A stretch of DNA of 64,000 nt from NCBI GenBank assembly GCA_037624485.1, contig JASJJC010000008.1, forward strand, positions 7,051-71,050. The letters run 5' to 3'. The DNA is from Chitinophagales bacterium (GTDB taxonomy: Bacteria > Bacteroidota > Bacteroidia > Chitinophagales > UBA8649). The notes under the pieces are model-generated. The model was given only the letters and a program-made list of their open reading frames with translations, was not told the DNA's origin and ran no database searches. This document shows, in pieces, positions 50,369 to 58,819 of the stretch. Made by a program: the position numbers and the translations under genes. How positions within the stretch are numbered: the stretch's first letter is position 1; each line of letters begins with the position of its first letter.

Positions 50369-51460
50369 ATGGCAAGAGATTATACAAAATACACAGCAGA
50401 AGGTTTAGGAGAAAACCTTAACAAGAGAAAATTAGTTTTTACAATCGTAAAAGACTGGGCAGAGAAAAATAATCCGTCCTTAGAAGAAATACAAACCGCA
50501 TTTCCAGATGAAGTGCAAGGTGGTAAAGGCTTTATTGTAAAAGAAAGTGAAGTAAAAGACGCTAAACGTTTTAATATGAAAGAACCATTGAGTATTAAAA
50601 ATGGCGTGCAAATAGTAATGTCTAATCAATGGGGAGAGAATATTGCAGATTTTATTACTGGAGCTGAAAAGTTGGGCTACACTATCCTTAAAAACACTTC
50701 AAACAATCCTCAAGATCAACAAAATTCAGTGGATGTTAACACCGACACATCATTAGAAGAAATAGATCAAATTATTGAAGAAATTATTCACGGTGATTTA
50801 ACAACACAAGAAAACTTTAGAAAAAACACAATCAACTTTATTAATGAAAATAATCAATACTACTGGTTTTTATTAGCCATAAATAACGCTTTACAAGCTT
50901 GGGAAAATAAAATAGATGATGAAGGATTAGATTTAAGTGTTGATGGATTGCATCTTAAAGGTGGAGAATTGAACTTTAACCCTTATGAAGAGTATAGACT
51001 ATTTTATAATTGGAGAGAAGAAAAATTTGGTATTGAAGAAGATGATGATGAACCAACTTCTTTCTTTAAGGCATTAATAGATTCATTCTATGACTTTGAT
51101 TCGCACAGCGATTTGATATCGCTAGGTGAAAATGATTTAAACAAGTTTATAAATATGTCTAAAACCGTTCTGTTATGCACAGTTTGTAAAGAATGTGAAA
51201 ATGATACAGATACGGACGATCTCACTAATCTTTTATTGGGAATAAATTTTGAAGACTTACCAGAAATTAATGATAAACTAAACGGAGGTGATATTTCGAA
51301 TGAAATATTAGAGGATGTTCTGGAAACCCTCGATATTTCTGTTGAAGACTATAAGAATGAAGAAGAATTATGGAAAGATTTATACCTTCTTAATTATGAA
51401 GATGTAGCTCGAGAGATTTTAGATAATGATGTGTTTGATAAAGACTATATACGTTCGTAA
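50369..51460 (+). CDS. Two-domain hypothetical protein: N-terminal RDYTKY...SNQWG domain + very acidic C-terminal domain
   Basis: Compact ~105-aa N-domain, N/Q-rich linker, D/E-rich remainder. Confidence 0.7.
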   Translation: MARDYTKYTAEGLGENLNKRKLVFTIVKDWAEKNNPSLEEIQTAFPDEVQGGKGFIVKESEVKDAKRFNMKEPLSIKNGVQIVMSNQWGENIADFITGAEKLGYTILKNTSNNPQDQQNSVDVNTDTSLEEIDQIIEEIIHGDLTTQENFRKNTINFINENNQYYWFLLAINNALQAWENKIDDEGLDLSVDGLHLKGGELNFNPYEEYRLFYNWREEKFGIEEDDDEPTSFFKALIDSFYDFDSHSDLISLGENDLNKFINMSKTVLLCTVCKECENDTDTDDLTNLLLGINFEDLPEINDKLNGGDISNEILEDVLETLDISVEDYKNEEELWKDLYLLNYEDVAREILDNDVFDKDYIRS

Positions 51461-51475
51461 CAACTACAATAATTT

Positions 51476-51919
51476 ATGAAGATTCTTAACATTGATTTAG
51501 ATGGTGTTGTTGCAGATTTTGTTTCTGCAATGAATGCTCATCCCTTAAGAAACGAACCACCTTTTGATAAAGATCCGGATACTATTCCGGGTCTTTTCAG
51601 GAATTTGAAGCCCATAGAATCTGCGATTAATTCAGTAGAAAAATTACTTCATTCAGAGAAATATGAAGTGTATTTCCTTAGCACAGCACCCTGGAATAAC
51701 CCTTCTGCATGGACAGATAAGCGTTTGTGGTTAGCAGAACAATTTGGTGATAAAATAAACAGAAGGCTTATCTTGACCCACCGTAAAGATCTGGTTAAAG
51801 GTGATATTTTAATTGACGACAGACCAAATAATGGAGCAAAGGATTTTGATGGGGAGTGGATTCATTTTGCTTCTGAAAAGTTCCCTAACTGGGATTCGGT
51901 ATTAAATTATTTATTATGA
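51476..51919 (+). CDS. 5'(3')-deoxyribonucleotidase, NT5C-type HAD phosphatase
   Basis: DLDGVVADF (motif I), LSTAPW (II), DKRLWL (III), ILIDDR (IV). Confidence 0.88.
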   Translation: MKILNIDLDGVVADFVSAMNAHPLRNEPPFDKDPDTIPGLFRNLKPIESAINSVEKLLHSEKYEVYFLSTAPWNNPSAWTDKRLWLAEQFGDKINRRLILTHRKDLVKGDILIDDRPNNGAKDFDGEWIHFASEKFPNWDSVLNYLL

Positions 51920-51988
51920 AATGACTAACAATAATTTAGAAACCAACTGAAGCTCTATATCTCGAAAATTTCTCCTCATATTTTATAA

Positions 51989-53956
51989 ATGAAAGCACTA
52001 TCAAAATCACGATTTAAACAAGGACTAGAATGTCCTAATAAACTCTACTTTTCAAATAGTCCAAATGTTTACCATAATGTTAAAAACGAAGATCCGTTTT
52101 TGCAAGCACTCGCTAGTGGTGGTTTTCAAATAGAAGAGTATGCACGCTTACAATATCCGGATGGGATTTTAGTAGACGCACCGTATGAGGGTAATTATTA
52201 TCAAGATTTAGCAGATCAAACTACTGAACTCTTAAAGCAAGAAAAGATAATTATTTATGAAGCTGCTTTTTATGTGAATGATCTATTTATCAGAACGGAT
52301 ATTCTGGTAAAAAAAGGTAAAAACATTGAACTTATTGAAGTAAAAGCCAAATCCATTGACCCAAATAATGATCATAATTTTATGGGGAAAAAAGGTGGTT
52401 TGGTAGGTGCCTGGAAGCCTTATTTATTTGATTTGGCTTTTCAAAGTTATGTAGCCCAACTTTGCTTACCCACTTATAAAATCAATCCTTACTTATGTCT
52501 AGTTAATAAAACGAAAGCAGCTACTGTAGAAGGCTTAAATCAACAATTTAGAGTTAAACAAAATTCTGATAAACGAACTGGTGTAGATGTTTTGGTAGAT
52601 AATGTAAGACAGCTAGGAGATAATCTGCTGCATGTGGAAGATTTGACGGAGGTGGTTGATAAAATACATAACAACGACTTTAAATATTACGATAATCTAA
52701 ATTTTAATGAAGCCATAAAGTTATTGCGCAAAATTAGAATTAAGGATTATTATCCCAATTGGCCAACGCAGTTTGGAGCTTGTAAGAAGTGTGAATTTAA
52801 GAAAGACGAAAGTGAAAAAGGTCAATTAAAGCAATCTGGTTTTGAATATTGTTTGAAAACACAACATCAATGGACTGATTTAGATTTTGCTAAACCTAAT
52901 ATTTTTAATGTTTGGGATTTAAAAGATCCAAAAATAATGGAGCAGGGGCTACTTTTTAAATCTCAACTGACCCCAGAGCATATCAAATACAAAGAGACTG
53001 CCGGAAAACTGCATCGTACCGAACGACAGTGGCTGCAAATTGAAAAAGAACGAGATGGTGATTTTACAGAGTTTATTGATAAAGCAGGTTTAAGGGCTGA
53101 AATGGACACTTGGTTATTCCCGCTTCACTTCATAGATTTTGAAACATCAACAGTGCCGCTACCCTTCCATTTAGGACGTAAGCCTTATGAGCAAATAGCC
53201 TTTCAGTTTTCACATCATATTTATTATGAAGATGGCCGCATTGAACATGCTAATGAATATATCAATACCAATCCTGGAGAATTCCCGAATTTCAAATTTA
53301 TTGAGCATTTAAAAAAGGCCTTATCGAACGATGACGGCACAATTTTTAGATATTCAACGCATGAAAATACGATCCTTAATTCGATTAGAGACCAATTGAA
53401 ATCTAGTCAATACCAAAAAAAAGAGTCTCTTATTGCATTCATAGAATCGATTTGTCATTCAAAAAGTGAACATCCTGACCCTTGGTTACAACCTAAAAGA
53501 GATATGGTTGACCTATGTGATATGGTAAAAAAGTACTATTACAATCCACATACCAAAGGGTCTAATTCTATTAAAAAAGTACTCCCTGCGGTATTAAAAT
53601 CTAGCACGATCGTAAAAGAAAAGTATGGTCAACCTATTGGTGAAATTGCCGTTTCAAGTCAAAATTTTGATACAACTCATATTTGGTTAAAAAAAGAAGA
53701 TGGTGAAATTATCAGTCCTTACAAAATGTTGCCAGAGGTATTTAAAGGTATAAGTTCTGCTGAAATTGAAGCAAATGTATCTGATATTGAGAATGTTGAA
53801 GATGGTGGTGCAGCTTTAACAGCTTATGGCAAGATTCAATATACAGATATGTCTGATAAGGAGCGAAAAGAAATTGCAGATGCACTTAAGCGTTATTGTG
53901 AGTTAGATACTTTAGCTATGGTAATGATTTATGAGCATTTAAAATCAATTATTTAA
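51989..53956 (+). CDS. DUF2779-type protein: Cas4/RecB-like PD-(D/E)XK domain + RNase H-like DEDD domain
   Basis: LSKS...ECPNKLY; TDILV...IEVK; DLAFQ.Y; CKKCEF...YC; FIDFET; PYEQIAFQFS.H; YCELD. Confidence 0.82.
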   Translation: MKALSKSRFKQGLECPNKLYFSNSPNVYHNVKNEDPFLQALASGGFQIEEYARLQYPDGILVDAPYEGNYYQDLADQTTELLKQEKIIIYEAAFYVNDLFIRTDILVKKGKNIELIEVKAKSIDPNNDHNFMGKKGGLVGAWKPYLFDLAFQSYVAQLCLPTYKINPYLCLVNKTKAATVEGLNQQFRVKQNSDKRTGVDVLVDNVRQLGDNLLHVEDLTEVVDKIHNNDFKYYDNLNFNEAIKLLRKIRIKDYYPNWPTQFGACKKCEFKKDESEKGQLKQSGFEYCLKTQHQWTDLDFAKPNIFNVWDLKDPKIMEQGLLFKSQLTPEHIKYKETAGKLHRTERQWLQIEKERDGDFTEFIDKAGLRAEMDTWLFPLHFIDFETSTVPLPFHLGRKPYEQIAFQFSHHIYYEDGRIEHANEYINTNPGEFPNFKFIEHLKKALSNDDGTIFRYSTHENTILNSIRDQLKSSQYQKKESLIAFIESICHSKSEHPDPWLQPKRDMVDLCDMVKKYYYNPHTKGSNSIKKVLPAVLKSSTIVKEKYGQPIGEIAVSSQNFDTTHIWLKKEDGEIISPYKMLPEVFKGISSAEIEANVSDIENVEDGGAALTAYGKIQYTDMSDKERKEIADALKRYCELDTLAMVMIYEHLKSII

Positions 53957-53966
53957 TTGACTTTCT

Positions 53967-54311
53967 ATGCAAAACCCTAACTTTTTAACGGAACTGATGC
54001 AAATCTGGCTCGCACAATATACTAGAAATCAGGAAAACTCACTTACAACTATGGGTTTGTTTCATTGGGAATTCCGCCCCAACAAACATAAACCTGAAAA
54101 GCTCAGAAGAATTCCAAGAATAGACATGTCTATGGAAATAAAAAATTCGAGTTTTAAGCATGCGGTTTATTTTTTAGAAATAGATGCTGAAACGCTGCAC
54201 GTATTCGAATCTTCAGGTATTGCCTTAGGAGGATTAAATATTGCACATGAATATGCTTTAAAAGAAGAGGTGTTTATTAAAGGAAAAGTTTTAATGAAAT
54301 CAATTCGTTAA
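53967..54311 (+). CDS. Hypothetical protein (last gene of the islet operon)
   Basis: 114-aa ORF 10 bp after the nuclease gene, same strand. Confidence 0.55.
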   Translation: MQNPNFLTELMQIWLAQYTRNQENSLTTMGLFHWEFRPNKHKPEKLRRIPRIDMSMEIKNSSFKHAVYFLEIDAETLHVFESSGIALGGLNIAHEYALKEEVFIKGKVLMKSIR

Positions 54312-54430
54312 CTATTAAAATTGATGTAAACAAAAGGACTAAAGCTTGCATTGTATCGTGATCATTTCAACCCTACATATTTCACTTACCAGAGAAGATC
54401 CTTCAAATCCTCTAAAAAGCTTGAACTCTT

Positions 54431-54445
54431 TCCTATCGGGGTCAC
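54431..54445 (+). repeat. Displaced tRNA-Arg 3' fragment (attR-like)
   Basis: TCCTATCGGGGTCAC versus tRNA TCCCTCCGGGGTCAC (48358-48372): 12/15, last 9 identical. Confidence 0.62.
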
Positions 54446-54450
54446 AAGGA

Positions 54451-54480
54451 AAGCTCAGTGCGAAAGCACTGGGCTTTTTT
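54451..54480 (+). terminator. Intrinsic terminator following the tRNA fragment
   Basis: AAGCTCAGTGC-GAAA-GCACTGGGCTTTTTT. Confidence 0.85.
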
Positions 54481-54580
54481 AGTGCAAAAAACCGTTAAGC
54501 ATATTTAAGCTGTAATTAATCATTTTAAAAGGTATACTATGAAGATACATTTAGTTAAATTTTAGGTATATCTTTAATTT

Positions 54581-54976
54581 ATGAAAAAAGTATTTCTATC
54601 AATCTCTATAATAACCCTATTTTTTACCTCATGCGAGAAGGCCGTCAATCTCCCAGCGCCATATTATGATATGGAAGGAAAATGGACTTACGGTGCTAAC
54701 AATTCAAACACCATGTACCTCTATGAAGATGGATTACGCTATACTTACTACTGTGGTATTGATAATTGTGATTCTCTTTACAATACCTATACAGCAGGGG
54801 ATTCAAATCATATACCCGAAGTTCTTAATTATACATTTGAAAATGATACACTCCATGTAGATTTGAATTTTGGAAATGAATTGGTAACTCTAGTCACATT
54901 TGTATGCGAAGGTGGTCAAGCAAACTTTGAAATGAATGGACAAACATTTTACAGATTAAATTCTGATTGCGAATAA
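54581..54976 (+). CDS. Hypothetical lipoprotein (lipocalin-like beta fold possible)
   Basis: Lipobox FFTSC followed by EK; EGKW motif; four further Cys. Confidence 0.75.
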   Translation: MKKVFLSISIITLFFTSCEKAVNLPAPYYDMEGKWTYGANNSNTMYLYEDGLRYTYYCGIDNCDSLYNTYTAGDSNHIPEVLNYTFENDTLHVDLNFGNELVTLVTFVCEGGQANFEMNGQTFYRLNSDCE

Positions 54977-55025
54977 AATGAAAATTATATTCGGGATAAG
55001 TGAAACTAACTATCAGATTTTATCA

Positions 55026-55060
55026 ATAAAAAACGCCCAGCATAACTGGGCGTTTTTTAT
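55026..55060. terminator. Bidirectional intrinsic terminator
   Basis: ATAAAAAACGCCCAG-CATAA-CTGGGCGTTTTTTAT. Confidence 0.88.
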
Positions 55061-55076
55061 TGCCGAATAAGTAAAT

Positions 55077-57272
55077 CTATCTTAAGAATAACAATTCTCG
55101 ATACTTCGGTATAGGCCATAATTTGTCATCCACTATCAACTCCAACTTATCACAATTGTATCGTATCGTATCAAAATAAGGCTTTACGTCATCACAATAG
55201 GCTTTGGCCATCTCGGAAGCTCCTACCAACTTGTTCGCTTTCTTTCTTGCTTCTATCATTTCAGCCACATCATTTTCGATTACCTGAATATGGCTAGAGA
55301 TGCGCTCTATCAAATTTAGTTGAGATTGGTAGCTCCCCTTTTTAAGTCCTAGATCTTTCAATCCACGTGCATTAGCAATCAAGTTGTTTTGATAGGTAAT
55401 TGCAACTGGTAAAATTTCATTTAATGCCATCTCACCAAGAGTTCTGGCTTCAATTTGAAGTTTCATGGTGTAAGCTTCGTAAAATATTTCACTTCTTGCT
55501 TCTAGCTCAACATCACTGAAAATATTGTTTTTGATAAATACATCTTTAGCTTTTTTCGTATTCAAAAAGTCTAAAGCATACGCAGTTGTTTTTACATTAC
55601 TTAATCCTCTTTTTTCTGCTTCTTGTGCCCACTCATCACTATAATTATCGCCTTCAAACAAGATATTTTTTGAAGCGTTGATATATCGTCGAATTACGCG
55701 TAAAATTGCACCTTCTTTCTTCTCTCCACCTTTTATCAATTTATCTACTTCCGTTTTAAAGTCAGTCAACTGATTAGCCATGATGGTATTCAATACTGTC
55801 ATCGGCCATGCACAATTTGCAGTACTGCCTACTGCTCGAACCTCAAACTTATTTCCAGTAAAAGCAAATGGAGAAGTCCTGTTTCTATCCGTATTATCCA
55901 ACAAAACATCTGGAATCTTATTGTGAATATCTAACTTAAGGCTTCCGTTTTTATCCTCATCATAACGACCATGGTCTACTCGTTTTGCCACTTCCTCTAA
56001 TACCGAAGTTAAGTGAGAGCCAATAAATACTGAAATAATAGCAGGAGGGGCCTCATTTGCACCCAGTCGGTGATCGTTGCTTGCTGTAGCGATTGCTGCG
56101 CGTAATAAATCAGAATACTCATTGACCGCTTTAATCACATTGACAAAGAAGGTTAAGAACATTAAATTGTTCTTCGGGGTCTTGCCTGGCGATAACAAAT
56201 TTTTACCGGTATCTGTACTTAAACTCCAATTGTTATGCTTGCCTGATCCATTGATGCCTTGGAATGGTTTTTCATGCATCAAAACAGCTAACTTATGTCG
56301 CTTACCCACTCTCTCCAGCACATCCATAATCAGTTGATTATGATCAACTGCTACATTCATTTCCTCATACATTGGTGCAAGCTCAAACTGACTTGGAGCC
56401 ACCTCATTATGGCGAGTTCTTACAGGAATACCCAACTTATGCGCTTCTCTTTCAAAATCCAACATAAAGTCATACACTCGCTCAGGAATAGCTCCAAAAT
56501 AATGATCATCCAATTGTTGCCCTCTAGCAGGAGCATGACCAATTAATGTTCTTCCGCTTAACACCAAATCGGGCCTTGCATAAAATAAAGCTTCATCAAC
56601 CACAAAATATTCTTGTTCCCATCCCAAGGTTGAATGCACCTTGGTGACATGCCTGTCAAATAAATTAACTACCGGCAATGCGGCTTTTTCTAGAAAGTGG
56701 CAAGACTTTAACAATGGAGCTTTATGGTCTAGACTTTCCCCAGTATATGAAATAAAAATTGTTGGGATACATAATGTAATCCCATCACCAATCTCCATGA
56801 TAAACGCAGGAGAGGTAGGATCCCATGCTGTATATCCTCTTGCTTCAAAAGTTTGACGAATTCCACCATTTGGAAAAGAAGAGGCATCAGGCTCTTGTTG
56901 AATCAATTCAGACCCCGTAAATGTTTCCATTCCTTCCCCATCCATTGAGGGGACAAAAAACGTATCGTGCTTCTCTGCTGTGCTTCCTGTTAAAGGTTGA
57001 AACCAATGCGTATATGATTTAGCTCCTTTCTCCATTGCCCAAGACTTCATAGCTGCAGCAACTTGATCAGCTGTATTTCTATCAATCTTTTTTCCCGCGC
57101 TAATTGCATGCTGAATTCCATAAAATGCATCTTCAGAAAGATATTTCTTCATTGTCGATTCCGTAAAAACATTCTCCGCATAATATTCGGATATCCTCTT
57201 ATTCGGTAGCTTAACATTTATCTTCTTACGCTGAGTAGCAGTTTTTACACTTGATTTTCTAGAATTATCCAT
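55077..57272 (-). CDS. glnA: Glutamine synthetase type III
   Basis: HWFQPLTG.TAEKHD, EPDASSFP, HNEVAP.QFE, NGSGKHNNWS and DRNRTSPFAFTGNKFE motifs; 731 aa. Confidence 0.95.
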   Translation of the reverse strand: MDNSRKSSVKTATQRKKINVKLPNKRISEYYAENVFTESTMKKYLSEDAFYGIQHAISAGKKIDRNTADQVAAAMKSWAMEKGAKSYTHWFQPLTGSTAEKHDTFFVPSMDGEGMETFTGSELIQQEPDASSFPNGGIRQTFEARGYTAWDPTSPAFIMEIGDGITLCIPTIFISYTGESLDHKAPLLKSCHFLEKAALPVVNLFDRHVTKVHSTLGWEQEYFVVDEALFYARPDLVLSGRTLIGHAPARGQQLDDHYFGAIPERVYDFMLDFEREAHKLGIPVRTRHNEVAPSQFELAPMYEEMNVAVDHNQLIMDVLERVGKRHKLAVLMHEKPFQGINGSGKHNNWSLSTDTGKNLLSPGKTPKNNLMFLTFFVNVIKAVNEYSDLLRAAIATASNDHRLGANEAPPAIISVFIGSHLTSVLEEVAKRVDHGRYDEDKNGSLKLDIHNKIPDVLLDNTDRNRTSPFAFTGNKFEVRAVGSTANCAWPMTVLNTIMANQLTDFKTEVDKLIKGGEKKEGAILRVIRRYINASKNILFEGDNYSDEWAQEAEKRGLSNVKTTAYALDFLNTKKAKDVFIKNNIFSDVELEARSEIFYEAYTMKLQIEARTLGEMALNEILPVAITYQNNLIANARGLKDLGLKKGSYQSQLNLIERISSHIQVIENDVAEMIEARKKANKLVGASEMAKAYCDDVKPYFDTIRYNCDKLELIVDDKLWPIPKYRELLFLR

Positions 57273-57290
57273 TTAAAAATAAATTTTTCA

Positions 57291-57298
57291 CAAATTTA
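57291..57298 (-). promoter_or_regulatory. Bacteroidota -7 promoter element of glnA
   Basis: TAAATTTG on the minus strand, 18 bp upstream of the start. Confidence 0.6.
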
Positions 57299-57399
57299 AA
57301 CGGAAAAGCTATTTTTTGTATCTTTTTAGTTGAAATTTATGCCTTTTTTATCCACAAAAGTGTTAATTGAAGGAAAATTCTTGGCTTTTTTATATTTAA

Positions 57400-58689
57400 T
57401 TAGGCAATCAGGTCATCCTTTTTTGTCCACAGATAAACTAAACAAGGCACAAGAAAAAACAATGCAACACTCCGATACCTGAGTATTGCACCCAAATTTG
57501 GAACTATCAAACCCGTAAGCAGCAAATAAGTCATACCGAAAGTAAGCAATAGAAAAACTATAGCCTGTTGATCCCAACTACAATTTTTTACATAAAAAAG
57601 TCCTGTAACTAATAATACAGTAATCCATAGACTCTCCAAACTAGCAAGACCAAGAAAAAGTGAATGGATATCCAAGAAATGAGGTCGAACAATAGCATTG
57701 AAAAGGGCTTGAGGAGCGTTTACTAAAATCCCCAAGTAACTCTCCTCATAAATTCCCAATTCAATTGCGGTATTTCCATTATCTAATGCTTCATATAACT
57801 GCTTCTTTGCAATAACTGCATCAACCAAGTTAGGTATGCCAAGGATCTTTGGTGTCAAGTAAGATAGCCCACCAAGTACAATAAAGACAGACATAAAGAC
57901 TAACAGGGGGTGCCATGTTCTCTTCTTATGATAAATATAATATGCCATTAGCGAGGGAACCAGCATTACCGCTATAAAAAATCGAGTATAAAACAACAAA
58001 ACGAAGGAAGCTAATGCCAGTATAATCGCAATAACTTTCTTAACATGGACAAGATACAATAGACTATATAGTATACAAGCAACTAAGGCCACACAAAGAG
58101 ATTCCTTATGAGAACCTGCTGTCCAATACCAGATACTTGGTGTTAAAAAGACCGCTAGCAATACACTGGTCTTTGCTTGCAGCTTTTTCACCAAAACCTT
58201 CGCGAAAAGGAATGATCCAAAAAAAGATATAAGTGCAAAAAAAACTGCATTTGCATATATTCCAGATCCCAAGGTTAACACATTTGCCAATGCATTGAAC
58301 CTGACCACCATGTAGGCGGAAGTATCGCGCCAATAACCCATTGCCTCAACAGTGGAAGCAATGTTTTCCGTAATAGGGACATTATTTAGACCTATGCTTA
58401 ATTGTAAAAATGCAAGTATGTCTCCATGCCTTAAGTGAGCGTATATAAGTTGACTATCCGAATAATACAACAATATATCTCCTGCCTTAATAATATGAGT
58501 AGAAAAATAAACATAGATTAAGCCAGCACCAATTTTAAGAAGAAAGAGAGACAGTATGCACTTTTTACTTAATCCATTGATTGCAAAAAGCGGCAATCTA
58601 TGAATACAATAAGCTATCAAACCAACATAAAATAAAATGATTATTGTTTGTATCATAACACCGAACAAAAATAGGATTAATCGAAACAT
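57400..58689 (-). CDS. Polytopic membrane protein (GT-C glycosyltransferase / polysaccharide polymerase-like)
   Basis: About 11 TM helices; GD...Y, PS..YW....KE and N.GAI.RYR motifs. Start could be 58656. Confidence 0.6.
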   Translation of the reverse strand: MFRLILFLFGVMIQTIIILFYVGLIAYCIHRLPLFAINGLSKKCILSLFLLKIGAGLIYVYFSTHIIKAGDILLYYSDSQLIYAHLRHGDILAFLQLSIGLNNVPITENIASTVEAMGYWRDTSAYMVVRFNALANVLTLGSGIYANAVFFALISFFGSFLFAKVLVKKLQAKTSVLLAVFLTPSIWYWTAGSHKESLCVALVACILYSLLYLVHVKKVIAIILALASFVLLFYTRFFIAVMLVPSLMAYYIYHKKRTWHPLLVFMSVFIVLGGLSYLTPKILGIPNLVDAVIAKKQLYEALDNGNTAIELGIYEESYLGILVNAPQALFNAIVRPHFLDIHSLFLGLASLESLWITVLLVTGLFYVKNCSWDQQAIVFLLLTFGMTYLLLTGLIVPNLGAILRYRSVALFFLVPCLVYLWTKKDDLIA

Positions 58690-58819
58690 ATCTTCACCTA
58701 TACAGTGAAAAAATATACTTTAAAGATAGATTTGGACTAACAGATGCCTATTATTCGCCTTGGCATCTTTTCGATTTACTTTTCCAAGGTTCAGCTGGCT
58801 GAAACCCTAAACATAATTA

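Larger units (their letters stand above)
48373..54445. mobile_element. tRNA-Arg-anchored genomic islet (~6 kb, no integrase)
   Basis: tRNA 3' end CGGGGTCAC (48364-48372) recurs at 54437-54445, followed by a strong terminator. AT-rich accessory genes lie between. Confidence 0.7.

Noticed and set aside
51921-51950. Micro-ORF MTNNNLETN between NT5C and the nuclease gene
   Set aside because: Only 9 codons; may be a deleted-gene stub but cannot be supported.
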